Shown: in pieces, positions 1-12,996 of the stretch
Layout: the number at the start of each line of letters is the position of its first letter
Numbering within the stretch: the stretch's first letter is position 1
NCBI GenBank assembly: GCA_965112735.1
Contig: OZ218956.1
Coordinates: 1,364,001 to 1,428,000 of the forward strand
Direction: 5' to 3'
Length of the DNA: 64,000 bases
DNA from: Phaeosaccion multiseriatum
Lineage: Eukaryota; Protista; Ochrophyta, other classes
Program-made: the position numbers and the translations under genes
The notes under the pieces: model-generated
Told to the model about the DNA's origin: nothing
Seen by the model: the letters and a program-made list of their open reading frames with translations, nothing else
Databases searched by the model: none

Positions 1-1267
1 GGAGGAGGAGGAGGAGAAACAGTTGGAGATACAGGAGGGGCATGCAGCACTTGGAGATACAGTAATGAGAAAAGAGGAGGCATTGGGTGCCTGGCGAGTG
101 CGCTGCTGAGGATCGATCCCTACGTGAAAGCCCTATTTTGTTTGTCCAATCCAGTTAGGCACACACTGAAGTTTATCCCTCTCTCTCCCTCGTCCTTTCT
201 GTGTATCCCTCTGCACGCGATGTTTGGGCCTTCCTCCGCACCCACTCGTTCAATCCACTTGTCGCTGTCATTCGACCTCTCCCCCTTCCACTTCTCCTGA
301 CACTTCTCCCTCCACCCCCTCTCTTCTTCACCTCACAGTCCCCCATCCCCCCCCTCCCCCCCTCCCTCCGTCCCTGCTCACCTCTTCGTCCCCCCCCCCC
401 GCCTGCAGCGCGATCTCCATGTTCTGCATCATCAGGGCCAGCCTGGCGTCCTCCTTCTCCGCATCCGTCATGAATCCGACCTCGAGCGGCTCCATGGTCA
501 TGGCCATCGGATGCATGCTCCGAACAGCCTCGGCATGATGCCCGCTGGCTGGAGGGAGCACGTGGGCTCTACTGTGCAGGCCCTGACTCGAGCCATCACC
601 AGCATCCAACACGCTTCTGGTGCTGCTGGTGCTGCGATCATTTTCGCTGCTCAGGAGACCAGTGCTCTCCCCCGTCTCTCCATCCTCCTCCCCATCATCG
701 TCGCCGCCTCTGTCATCGTTCTCCCTTCCTCCACCAACACCACCAGTAGTTGTCCCGTTCCCGGTCCCTACCACGGCTGCTGCTGCCACTTGGTACTGCC
801 GCTGTCGCTGTTGTTCCTGCTGCTCCTGGCGCTGCTGCTGCTGGGCCACAAGAAGCTCTCGGATGAGCTCTTCCTGGACCTTCAGTTGCTGCCTCAGATC
901 GGCCTGCTCGTGTCAGTCAAGAGAGGCAGATGAAAGCCACAACAGGAGACCCTGGCTGAGAGCTGTTAACCTGCAAACCATTAATTCAGTTCCTTACTCT
1001 ACCCTCCTTTCAAAGTGGCCCCTGGCACTGTCGTACCACCTTCGAGATGCCCACTACTTCACCTCCTTGGTCAACCGTAAGAGCCCCCCATCCCACACCC
1101 ACCTCAATTTTGCCCTGCGAAGCCGCGCTAGCGTCAGTGGGAACGACGGCTGCATCATCAGCTCCATCGGCCGTTCCAGAAGCCGGAGCAGGAGCCGCAG
1201 TATTCTCAGGAGTCGCATCAGCGTCGGGCGAGGGGATCGAGGGCCCTCCTCCCTCGGCCTGAGCCAT
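1..1267 (-). CDS. Unknown spliced protein, 3'-partial (runs off the window start)
   Basis: ATG at 1267 (MAQAEGGG...QGKIE|gtgggt). Acceptor ctgacacgagcag| at 903 joins in frame (ADLRQQLKVQEELIRELLVAQQQ...EKEDARLALMMQNMEIALQ). Donor GTGAGC near 381. No recognisable domain. Confidence 0.5.
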
Positions 1268-1734
1268 GACGCTCTCACGGCTTTGTCTCCAGAGAAGAAA
1301 AACAAGAAGAAAGAGGAAGAAGAAACAAGGACTACACACAGACGTCAAGTGGGGGAGGAGAAGAAGATCAAGACGGGAAACCAGGATGTATAGTATGTGT
1401 TCTTTGTCTCCTTCTCCTCCGGGATAGAGAACAAATTGGCCGGGCCGGAGGGTTCTTCACTAACTTACGCGCTACAACATCGACGTCCACGCGCCCTTGG
1501 CAGGCCCTCACTGTACACAGCCTTGTGTGCCCACCCTGTACTCATTAAAGCACACTTGCACCAAGCAAGGCCCAGCCACCAAACGGCGAACGCACACACT
1601 CTCGTCCTGGACGTTGGCTCGGACTGCGTATATTCGTGGGCGTGTATAGTAAGATTAGGTACATATTCTCCAAGCCACTTGTGCACACCCTTGATGTTTC
1701 GCCCCCGCTGATGCTACTGCTGCGACTGCTGCTG

Positions 1735-2984
1735 CTACTGCTGTTGTTGTTGTTGTTGCTGCTGCTGGAACCAGGACCGGACCTCCCCCACATCTGGTAC
1801 ACCCGATAAGTTACTCCCCACGGCGGCGACGGTAGGGGGGCTCGCCATGAGTCGCCGTCCCACTCGCATAATGTCCTCCGCCGTGGTCTCCTCAATCTTG
1901 CGACATACGTCCTCCACCGGCTCTCGCTTCCCGTAGGCCAGAATCTGACGGCCAATGTCCTCAAACAGCACCACTCTGCTCTCCAGCTGCGTAAGAATGT
2001 TGCACTTGAGCATACTCTTGGCTCGCTCGAGCTGCGCGTGCTTCACTGGTTCCCTCGCCAGCTCGTCAAAGTGCTGCAGGAAGATGTGGAGCATTTCTCT
2101 CGCGCCGCCCATCATGCGCTGGCCTGGATGCTGCGGGTCGGGGTGACGTGAGGAGGCCGGAGTGTGGTGTGGTGTGGTGTGGTGTGGTGTGGTGTGGTTT
2201 GGAAACATGTAGGGCAGGGTGAAAGCTTTGAGTACGTCCGTGCGGGCGTGAGGATGCTTTCTATGATCGTAAGAAGAGCCGGCGCACGAGGTAGTGACCC
2301 CTGCTTCCGGCAAGCACATCGAGTAGCCGACCCCCTTGTTCCTTCCCTCCCGGCCCTCCTCCCACCCCCCCCTCCTTCCCTCCCTCCACCACCCTTACGC
2401 CTCTCCTCCCCTCCCCATGCCAGGCGGCCATAGAGCCAGCCTCCGCGCAGCTCCCTCACCACTCCCTCACTGACTCACGCACTCACTGGCAGCCACTCAC
2501 TGGCAGCCACTCACTGACTCACACACTCACACACTCACGCACTCACCCCAATGGCCGGCGTGGGGACGATGCCACTCATGCCGAACAGCCCTTTGTCGAC
2601 ATTGATGCACGTGAAGGCCTCGGCGGCCTCTACCCAGTTGTATTTGTTGAGAACGTCGGTGTAGAGGCGGGAGTACATGCCTTTACCCGGCCCTCCCGCG
2701 GAGAAGGCGTCGCCTCCACCGAGCAGCACCTGCAGGTTTCGTTGTGTTGGTTGTTTGGGTGTTTGGTTTGTTGGTTGGTTGTTAGCCATTTAGTTGTTTC
2801 ATGAAGAAGATGAGACTACAAATCCATAAAAAAGGAGAAAACAAGACACACCCACAGCCAGACGCACAAGATAAAGGGGGGGGGCGAGAAGAGGAGAGAG
2901 TAGAAAGAAGGCGAAAACCAAAGAATGCCACAAGACATGAGGTCCAAAGAAGAGCATGTCCGTCAGTAAGAAGTCATGCGCCAA

Positions 2985-3039
<55 letters not shown>

Positions 3040-5837
3040 TACCCACGCACACACACACACACACACTCAAAATGGGGAATGGGTGGGGGACAAGCTGGAC
3101 ACAAAGCCCTCGTTTCTCTGCGCGGCCACACATCTTGCCTTCCTGGTTGCTTCTTCCTTCCTTTCTTCCTCACTTAATTACATACTTCCTGCCTTACTTA
3201 CCTGTAGCACACACGTTGGCACCAAATCCTCGTGCGTCCACCCCCCACACTCGAAGGCAAGCGCCACGCGGACAAAGTGCTGGTCCTCCATGTCTTTGTC
3301 GGGATTGCCTCTCTCCACCATCTTCTGGCCCCCCACGTAGCTGAGCAACAAGGTCGACAAGGCAAGGGGGGGGGGGGGGGGGCGTAAGATTTATTTGATG
3401 TTTGAATCGATTGGAACATGTGACAAGACCTAAAGAGGAAATGTGCGTGTAGAGGCGAGCGAAAGAAGGGGCGGAGAGGACGGGATGGGGGGGGGTGGGG
3501 GGCTTTTTGGCTTGGAGGTGATAGGTCGGGGGGGGGGGGGAGAAGCCGCAGAGTTGTGCGGCTGAGGCTGATAAGTAATACCCTGTTCGCTGCTGCTACT
3601 ACCTGTACCAGACTGAGCGAACAAGCAAAATGCCTTCACTCACGTTGACTCCGGAATGATGAGCTTGTCTCCCATCCTTCCTCGCGGCGGTAGTGCTGAC
3701 AAGTACTTGTCTGTGGCGTAGAGACGGTGACAACAGAGCACCGCAGAGCATAGCACAGGCCAAGGATGCCGCATGAGGACGGGCACGCACGCACGCACAC
3801 ACACAGGTTCCACACTACCACGAAAGAGACAGAGAGGCGGACAGACAGACAGACAGACAGAGAGCCAATGCCATCTCCATCCTACTCACCACAGACACAA
3901 AACCACCTGAAATTTCCGATCCACCACCTCAGCTACCCCTACTCACTGCCCTCACCGCGACTTCCAGCACTACCAGCCCCTGACGTCCGCTACCATCCAC
4001 TGCCATCTCCTCCTACCATCCATTACCATCTCCTCCTACCATGCAGTGACCATGCACAAGCGTAAATTTCAACTACCATCAACTACCATCCACTCATTAC
4101 CTGCGAGGCTCATGAACTCGTCATGCTGCACCCCTGCTGCGGCAAGCACCATGTTGGGAGCAAAGAAGAAGTCGGATCGGTACTCGTGTAAGTGAGATAC
4201 CTGCAGGTCAGCGAGCCGCTCGGGAGGGCACAGGTGGGGTCGACCCAGGGGCTGGTTGGGGTATGCTGCCGCCATGATAGCCTCGCGGAGTATGGCGTCG
4301 CCGCCAATGTCTCCGGAGTACGCCATGATGTTGCTCTTCTGCTCTGCCAACTGTTGATATTGTGTTGGGGAGTTCGTGGGTGTGAGTATGGGTGGGGTGC
4401 AGTATGTGTGGGAATGACTCACATACTCAATCACTTACTCCCTCATTTACGTACTCGCTTACTCACTCACACAATCACTCACTCACTCACTCGCTCACCA
4501 CTCACATCCATACTCCCTCCCTCCCTCCCTCCCTCTCTCTCTACTTCCGTCCATCCCTCCTTCCCTCCCTCCCTCCCTCCCTCCCTCCCTCCACCCCTCC
4601 CTCACCTCCTCCTCCGACAGCACGGGGCACAGCACCGACTCTGCGAGAAGCTCCATGGCCGGTTCCAAGTTCTCTCTGAGGACGTCCACGCAGAGAAGCA
4701 GCTCATCTCTACTGCCCGAGGCCGACACAAAGCCTCCAAGTCGCTCGACTTCAGTCATGAGGTCTGCGGCAGAGCGGCTTCGTGTACTCTTAAAGGCCAT
4801 AGCCTCCATCATGTGACTCACCCTGATTGTCAGGGGGGTACGATGGAGGGAGGGAGTTGGTGAGAGGGGCAGGGAGGAGTGAGGATGGAGGGGAGAGAGA
4901 AGGAGGAGGAGGAGGAGGAGGAGGAGGAGGAGGAGGAGGAGGGGGAGGAGGAGGGGGAGGAGGAGGGGTTCGCTAGATGACACCCGCTGTTTCACCCAAC
5001 CCTCTCTCACAAATCTTACCCCGTGTTCTCGTCGGTTTCGAACTTGCTGCCGGCGTGCATTAGCACACCAAAGCTGCACAATTGGCCATACGTCTCGTGA
5101 CTGGCCACGCGGAGACCGTTTGATAGGGTGGACAGGTGCGTCTCTGGTTCCTGTGAGACACAAAGCACAAGAGAGAAGGAGGAATTTAGATTTAAGGGTA
5201 GGGGCGAGTACTTTCTGAGGCCAAGCCCGTGAGTTCATTCGAGTGACACAAGTGCCTGTCCCGCATCATTGGAGGAACAGGTGTCCAGATAAGGCGTCAC
5301 TCCTCCAAGTAAGCCAGCTAAAGCACCCCCGCTTCCCCCTACCTCGAGCTCGCTGAGAGGCTTCGGTGGAGGCACGCCCGCCAGCGGCGCGTGCATATTG
5401 AAGCGACCCATCCTCGCAAAGTCGAAATGGCTCTTGTCCACGGTCTTGGGAACAGAGTTCCGCGAGAAGCTGACGTTCGGGTTGGCTTCGCTCTCTCTTC
5501 TTTGCCGCTCCTCCTCTGATACCTCCGGCACGTGCATACACCCCGCGCCCTCCCCTCCCCCCGCCGCTGCCTCTGCTGCTGCTCCCCCCTTCTCATCCCC
5601 CACCATAGTACGAAGAGGAGGAGCGTGCTGCGGGTGGTCCCATTTGACGGAGCTACCGCTGATGTGCCTTCGTATTGACGGCAGTGGTTGTTGCTCCTGT
5701 CCACATCTGATCCTCCCTCGGCCGGCCCTACCGCATCGGCTGCTGCTGCCACTGCTGCTGCTACTGCTGCAACTTCGACACCACAAGGTCCGCCGCCTTA
5801 TACGAAGCAGCGACGCTCCAGCCTGGCGCATCATCAT
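1735..5837 (-). CDS. MPPA: Mitochondrial processing peptidase alpha subunit (peptidase M16, non-catalytic), about 8 exons
   Basis: Arg-rich presequence [16 protein letters not shown]. Spliced exons give [17 protein letters not shown], degenerate HxxEH ([14 protein letters not shown]), AAYPNQPLG, the glycine-rich loop [22 protein letters not shown] and [20 protein letters not shown] junctions are in phase where checked. Confidence 0.93.
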
Positions 5838-6329
5838 TCGACGCTTTGCCTCTGCTCCCCGAGAAGAAAATGAAACACACCCACGATACTGTAAACACCG
5901 CTCAAGCCTGCTGCACAAATGGCAGGTGTGGGACCAACATGCACAGCCGAGAGTTTGGAAGCATACGGGCTGAAACGTTTCTGGGTCGCCTTCCTCTTCT
6001 TCTTCCCCTTCCCATTGGCCTCTGACTTGCTCTGGGTCTTTCCTTCAGGTTCTGTTTGCTTGTGTTGCGATCGATCGGCCTTGATCGAGAAGCAAGGAGC
6101 AGCAGCGCAATAGGAGGAGTAGCAAGAGCGGCAGCAAGCGGTCGGGGGAAAAGAGAAAACAAGACGCCACGGAAGCTCTGGTTACGTGTACATCGAGAGC
6201 GGAGACTGACAAGACGAGGAAAGGCGCCAGGGGAGAGGCCATGTGATGGGACGCGCTGCATCAGGGTTCCTTGCTCAGGCCGTCTTCTATGGACTTGCGG
6301 TGAACCGAGTAGCCGCAGTTGGCGCGGAC

Positions 6330-8497
6330 ATGATGCAGAGAAGTCAGAGTACGCCGCCAGCAGTGGTCACATGGGGGGATAAGTACGCATACTCGCAGAG
6401 GCTAGCGGTGGAGAAGAGCGAGGTTCAGCGATGTAGAAAGAAGGTGCGTTCGGTGCTGGTGGAGTCTTCGTCTGGGTTGGGGGGCGAGGAGGGGAAGAAA
6501 CACCGAGCGACGGGTAGCGAGCCAGAAAGATGCCTATGCCGCGGCTTTCCGTGCTCTGCCGGGCGACCCAAGGACGTGGTCTGTCCCCTTTGGCTGGCCT
6601 GGCTGGCGGACGGCATGAGGCATTAGGCAGAGCTCCTCCCCCGTCTCGTGCTTTGCGTGCATCTCTCTCACACCCCTGCTGTTGCCTTGCCTTCCCTCTG
6701 TGTGTGGTGATAATACTTGTTTCGTTCTCGCGGTCCCACAAGCAGCAACAGCAGGGTGAGTTGGAGTGGCAAAAACAAAGAAGAAAGGTGAAGGAAAAGT
6801 TGCTTCCATCCGGGCTGCCAATCTTTCAGGTGACCTTTACGAATGGCCAGCGCGAGTCCAAGCAGGATATGCTGGCCAGGGACGCGCGACTGAGGAGGGA
6901 GACCTCCACGGTGGTTGCAGGAGTCGGCGGTGGTGTGGGCAGGGCTGGTAGAAAATCATCGAGGAGGGAGAAGAAGCAGGGAAAGGGTAGACATCGGGAA
7001 CTGTTCGGAGCTACCGTACGGCTCGGTGGTGGCGGCGGCGAAAGTAGAGGCACGAGAAGGTCTAGAAGAGAAATTGGTAGACGAGGGTCTGGAAGAGGGC
7101 AGGAGGGGGAGGGGGAGGACGGGGGTATAGACATGGACGGCACCACCGGCCAAGGAGGAGGAGGCACTGGAAGGAGCGATGAGGAAGAGGAGACTGATGA
7201 CACTGAGGAGGCAGGGGAGAGCGCCACGACCCCAGCGATCACAGCGACCACTGACGTACTGGCTGATCCGTACACTGGCTCAAAGGGGCATCGCAGATCG
7301 GACGACAGCGACGGCCGAGGGAAGAGGCTGCATCGGAAGGAGATGAATACGCTTCTTCGTAAAGAGACGCACGTTGCCATGGAAGCGAGGATGGCCAGAG
7401 AGCAAGCCAGTATGCGCGACATACGGCAGGAGCACATCCCACTCACCAGCCTGGACATGTTCGCGTTACGAAGATGGGGAGGGGAGCACCTCGCCAGTGG
7501 GGGCTTTGCGCTACAGGAGAAGGGGTGGAGCAAGTCGTGCGGACACACAAACTCCAAATGGGCCAATTATGAGATGAGAATCACCGCTGCCACTGACGAG
7601 AAGGAGATGCGCATGGAGCCTCCCTATGGCACGGTGGATGCGCTCACAGGGCTGACTACGAAACCGCCGCCCCCTCGCAATGGTGGTGGTGGTGGTGGTG
7701 GTGGTGGCCGTGCTAGTGCTATGAAGAGCAGCTCCTCCGAAACTTGCCTGTCTGCGTACATGCATTCGCACGAGCGGGGCAGGAGGCTACCCGAGCATGA
7801 GGGCAAGCCATTTGTGCGGTACCACCACCAGACCCACAAGAACGAGGAGATGGGAGGAAAGGGACGTAAGATCACCCTCTTGGATCACATTTCTGACGAG
7901 GAGTGGACGCGCGTGAGGGAAGAGAAGAGAGCGCACAAGGCGTTTGTGAATAGCATTCTGAGCAAATCTAAGTCGATGGGGTCGATGGGGCAGCTGCCTC
8001 CGCGGCGGCGACCAGCGACAGGGATTGTGGGGAGTGGAGGTGGAGGGGGAGGAGGAGGAGGAGGAGGAGGAGGAGGAGGAGGAGGAGGAGGAGGAGGAGG
8101 AGGAGGAGGAGGAGGAGGAGGAGGAGGAGGAGGAGGAGGAGGAGGAGGAGGAGGAGGAAAAGGGGGAGGGGGAGAAGGAAGAGGTGATGTTGCTGTCGGT
8201 GGGCAATGCCAGACCGCCCACCATCTACTCGCGGCTCGAAGCGGCAATGAGGACTCATACGCCTACGCCAACAAATTAAGTGCCCAGGGGCATCCGCAGC
8301 AGTTGGCGATACAGCAGCAGCAGCAGCAGGGGCGAACATCAGAACGAAGACCAGGAAAAGAGAAGGAGCAAGAGCCTTCTTCTGTCCACCCTGGTGTGTG
8401 TGGTGGTGTGGGGCCGCAGAAAAGTGTGCAAAGCGTCGCCAGTGTAACTTCCACCACCGTGCGGGTGACAGAGGTGGCTCTCAGTCTCGTGCCGTAA
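6330..8497 (+). CDS. Unknown protein, 2 exons (about 6330-6443 and 6743-8497), with a poly-Gly tract
   Basis: Long open frame with protein-like composition. Donor AAG|GTGCGT at 6443 and a pyrimidine-rich acceptor near 6742. (GGA)n at about 8040-8158 is read as Gly. Confidence 0.6.
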
Positions 8498-9549
8498 CAT
8501 TCTTGAGAGAGATTAAGGTAATACTTCGTAGTAGTAGAGAAGAGAATCGATTCGATGGGAAGATTCCTTCACGTGCCCTCCAAGTACATCTTCGGACACA
8601 CTCCCTCCCTCCACCCCACCCTCCCTTCCCTTGTTCAAGTCCAATAACAGACTCACTTTCAGTCCTTCAGTCTCTCTACTCGCCCCGTCCCGCTCCCCCC
8701 TCCCGCCGTCGGAGTCGAGGCCTCCTACCGCCCTATCGATGCCCTCTCCAGTCCTCTGCCTGGTGGGAGTGATGTCACTCCTCCTCTGTGGGAAGAGCTC
8801 ATGCGTGACTAGGCGAGTGCCAGTGAGCCATCCGGATAGAACAGGCTGTACCTGTTCAGCACTTGAACGGTGAGGAGCGATGAGCGAGCGACGCCAGCTC
8901 CGTCTTGCCCGTCCCCCCTCATCTTCCCTCTCTCCTTTGGGAGACTCGAACGAACGCGGTCCCAGCCCATTGTTTATGTGGGCCAAAGGAATAGAGCCGC
9001 ACAGAGCTCCTGTTGTGCATCATGGGGCGATGGTGGGTGTGGATCGCTGAGCTCCTTCCCTAGCTTGCTTGCCTTGGGCCGCTCTGGGCCGCTCAGAAGC
9101 AGCAGCAGCAGCAGCCGCAGCTGCTGCACCAGCTGCACTACCACCACCAGCAGCAGCAGCAGCAGGGGCTGTAGCAACAGCGGTGGCAGCGACGGCCGAA
9201 GACAGAAGAGAAACGCTTTCTGCGCGTCTCTGCCTCTTTCGGCCCCTGTCCTTCGCTGCCCTTCCCAGCTCTGCCCCCACCGCCGTCCCCCCCCCACCAC
9301 TGCGCATCGCAAAGGCCCATGGAAGAAGGAAGGGCCAAGCCCCCCCCCTCCTTTTGCTCTCCCCGAACGGCGGCAAAACGTCTCTCTCCATGGGGTGTGG
9401 CGGTCTCCATGTCGAGCTGGCGGGTGGCTCCGAGGCACAGTTTCAGTTTTCAGTTTCCAATTTTGCCTTCCCTTGGAGAACCCCTCGAGATGCTCGAAAC
9501 CCGCCACCCCCCTTCCCCTTCCCCTCCCCTTCCCTTCCCCTTTGCCCAT

Positions 9550-12500
9550 TCACGTGTCGACAGGGTCGTAGTTGAAGTCCAGTCCGTCGCCAAAGGAGCC
9601 CAACCTACCCCCCGGGGTCCCCGAGCGCGACATCGAGTAGCCCGACATTTCGGCCAAACGGAGCAGCCTGTGGTAGATGAGGGGGTATCCGTTGGCAATG
9701 GCGTCTGGATAGCGCACGAAGCATACGTACACGGCCGACACCGCGGCCTTGAAGAGCTCTACGGCCAGAGACATGGCTGCGTGGATCTCCAGGAAGAGGA
9801 TGAGGGAGAACACCGCCCAGCTCTCGCCTGTTATAAGGCGTTGTGTGTGTGTGTTGTGTGTGTATGTGCGTGTGTGTTGTGTTGTGTGTGGTGTGAAGTG
9901 TGTGGCAGGTGTTAGGTGTTTCGTGTTTTGCGTTTCCCATACGCATCCGCGGGAGGAGTGTTTGGGGTACAATACAAAGGGCAGATAAATACTTGTGACA
10001 GGATAATAGAGTGAAGCATCGCATGAGCATCGGTTGGTCGTGAGAGTCCTTTGTACAGTGGTGGTGGTGGTCGTGGTGGTGTGATGGTCAATAGAGGTAA
10101 GGTACAACTCTTCTGAAAAGCTCTGGAAGGAATGCCTCCAATGGCACGGCTCCTCGTTACCTGTGTGCTCTACGGCGGAGACAGACAGAGCTCCTGTGAT
10201 GGGTATGGCCACTGCCACCACTACCCACTGCATGGCGGCGAGCAGCACATCGTCTCTGGGGTGGTGGGGAGGGGAGGGGAGGGGAGGGAAGGGAAGGGAA
10301 GGTAAAGTAAGGGGAGGGGAGGGGAGGAATGAGAAGGGAAAGGAAAGGAAAGGAAGGGGAGGGGAGAGAAGGGGAGGGAAGGGGAGGGGAGGGGAGGGAA
10401 GGGAAGAGAAGAGAACGAAAGAGAAGAGAAGAGAAGGGAAGGGAAGGGAAAGGAAGGGGGGGGAAGGGAAGGGAAGGGAAGGGAAGGGAAGGCAAGGGAA
10501 GGGGAGCGAAGGGAAGGAGAACACATCCGGGGCAAGGGCCGTGACAAGAGAGAGGAGAGAGGAGCAGACGCCAAGAAGGAGCTCTCGCCCGGCGCAGTCT
10601 TGGGGACAGAGGCACAGGTAATAGGCAATACGCCATAGGCACACACACACGCACAAACATACACACACACACATACACACATACATACACACACACACAC
10701 TCTCTCTCTCTCTCTCCAGTCTTCCTGCCCCCTCTCACCTCAAAATGGCCGCCAATCCTGGCCCTGACACGTCATTCTCAATGAGACTGTGTATGTCGAG
10801 GGAGGCCTGCCTGAATGAGCTGCTGAAGGCCGCCACGTGCACAAAGGCAAGCTCGTTGAGGCGGTAGGAAAGCGAGTGGCAGCCGTCACTAGCACAAGTG
10901 GGGAAGCGGCACACTCTCCGGACGCAGAGGAAGAAGATGGAGGTCACGTGCCCCAGCGGCGCCAGGAGGGCACCTTTACACACGCTGCCGAACGAAGAGG
11001 TGAGCGCCTTGCGAGCGAAGGCGAAGGGCGTGTCGGCGCCAAGGGGTTCGGAGTTCTCTTGCTGATTGCACCACGCTGACATGCACCCGCTCGCCACCAC
11101 CGTCACCATGCGGAGGAATACCTGCGTGTGTTTGTGTGTGTGGGAGAGAGAGTGTGTGTGTGGGTATGTGTGTGTGCGTGTTTGTGTGTGTGTGGGAGAG
11201 AGAGAATGGGTACGTGTGTGGGGGGGTATGAGAGAGGCCCATGCAAGCGTGAGAAGAGAGGCGACGCTGAAGATGGTAGGAAGAAGCTGAGGAGAGATGA
11301 GAGGAGAGAGAGGAAAGCCTGATTGGGCGGTGGGGAGGGGGGGGGGGGGCGGGCTGCCCGTCCGGAGATGGATTGAAATGAAAGGCTCAGGGTCTTTGCG
11401 TTGACACAGCGCAAAGAGGAAAGTAAACATCACAGCACCTGCCAGGAGTATCTAAAGGCCAAGTATCAGCCTTGAGGTCAAGCAAGCAGCATTTGGGTGG
11501 GGTTGGCCACCCCCACCACACACACTGCACACCACAGCAGTTGGTGATACACACCTGGGTAGTCCATGCTAAGCTGACGAGCATGACGATGATGAGGATA
11601 GACCCCTGCTCTCTCCCCGCGCCCTTTAAGCTGGCCACGAGAGCGGTGCTCCACCACAGGAGGAAGCAGCTTTGGAACACGAGGAAGCCAATGGACACCA
11701 TCAGCACCGCCGGAAAGGAGGTGAAGACTTCGACCACCATGTCCATCAGCACCCCGCTGAAGCTGGCGCGCTTGCGGAAGCGAGTGAACCATCGCAGGTC
11801 GTTGACCGCCACGCCGCCCAGGAGGAGGGACACAAACCAGTGCTGCGAGAGGAAGGCGTGTGTTGATGTGCACAGGGTGACGGCAACAGGAGAGACCAGG
11901 TGAGAATACACAACGGGGAGGGGGATAGCGTACCATCAGGTGGGAGGTAGATGAGAGAGAAAGAGACGTGGGCTCGATTCTCTCTTTGCAGCGGTAAATA
12001 TTGCACCTGAGGGGAGTAGACGAGCAGCAGCACAGCCATGAGGCTTTCCATTGCCACCGCCACAGGAAGGGCCTTTTGCAAAGCCTTGGCTCGGTTTGAT
12101 GACACGACGAAAACCAACAAGATAAAGGACACCCCGGCAAAGCAGCCGAGAAGCGTGGCCACCATCATCAAACTGGCCCAGATTCCCCCCTTCTTGCCCG
12201 GTATCCATGCACTCAGAGAGGCTGACTGCCCTTTTCCACTCCCGTCGGTCAGAAAGGCCGTAATGGCCACGACTACGAGATGCAGCGCGAAGGCGATACC
12301 GTAGCGAGAGTCTCTCCACACCGTGGGCCCGTGCAGGACGATGGGGCGGACACCACTGAGCTGGAACGAGCCTATCCGACCGCCCATCGACCTGGGGCCA
12401 GGAGAACCACTGTCATCATAGTAGTCAGCTCCGTTGGAGCTCACTCCTCTCCCATCCCCCGAGAGCGCAGCCATTTCGATACCATCCACACTCGACTCAT

Positions 12501-12582
12501 CCTCTTTGGTGTCCTTCTTGCCCCCACCCCGGAGCATGTCGGCGAGGTGCCGCTCATCCTCTAATTCATCCATGTCGCTCAT
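9550..12582 (-). CDS. Choline transporter-like (CTL/SLC44/PNS1 family) multi-pass membrane protein, about 5 exons
   Basis: Family-like motifs WRDSRYGIAF, LTSSFGSVCKGALL, NELAFVHVAAFSSSFRQAS, RDDVL and AAVSAVYVCF, with many TM segments. The frame is closed upstream by TGA, so the start is taken at MSDMDELED (12582). Confidence 0.82.
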
Positions 12583-12996
12583 GCTTCGTCGCTGGATCCC
12601 TCTGAAACCGGCCTCTTGAGCATGCAAATGATTTTGGAGTCTCTTCCTCGCAAGTTGTGCTGCTGCTACTGCTGCTGTTGCTGCTTCTCACCCCTAATCC
12701 ATCTTCTTCCTCCCCCATGTATGTACTCGTGTTGGAATCCAGAGGCTTTGGCCCTGTGAGAACACACACACACACACACACACACACAGCCAGCCAGCCA
12801 GCCACTTTCTTAAGATTCCTATTAAGTCAATAAATTTGCCTGTCACCCGAAGCAGTTGGGATTTGGGGCCCGAAAATCGAGCGCAGAGTTGCAGTGGCAA
12901 ATTTTTTCGCAGCCAACTGCTGCGGCGCTCTCGCTTAGGCCACCTACAACGCCAAGCTGCCACAACTTCTTGCTTCCTCTCCTCTGAGCAGCCGCT

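Noticed and set aside
2984-3066. ORFs made of HT/CV, PSL or GRQA repeats throughout the window
   Set aside because: Translations of intronic microsatellites such as (CA)n, (CCCT)n, (CACT)n and (GGCA)n.
8500-9549. Several 120-230 aa ORFs between two convergent genes
   Set aside because: Low-complexity, overlapping on both strands and without motifs. Probably 3'UTR sequence.
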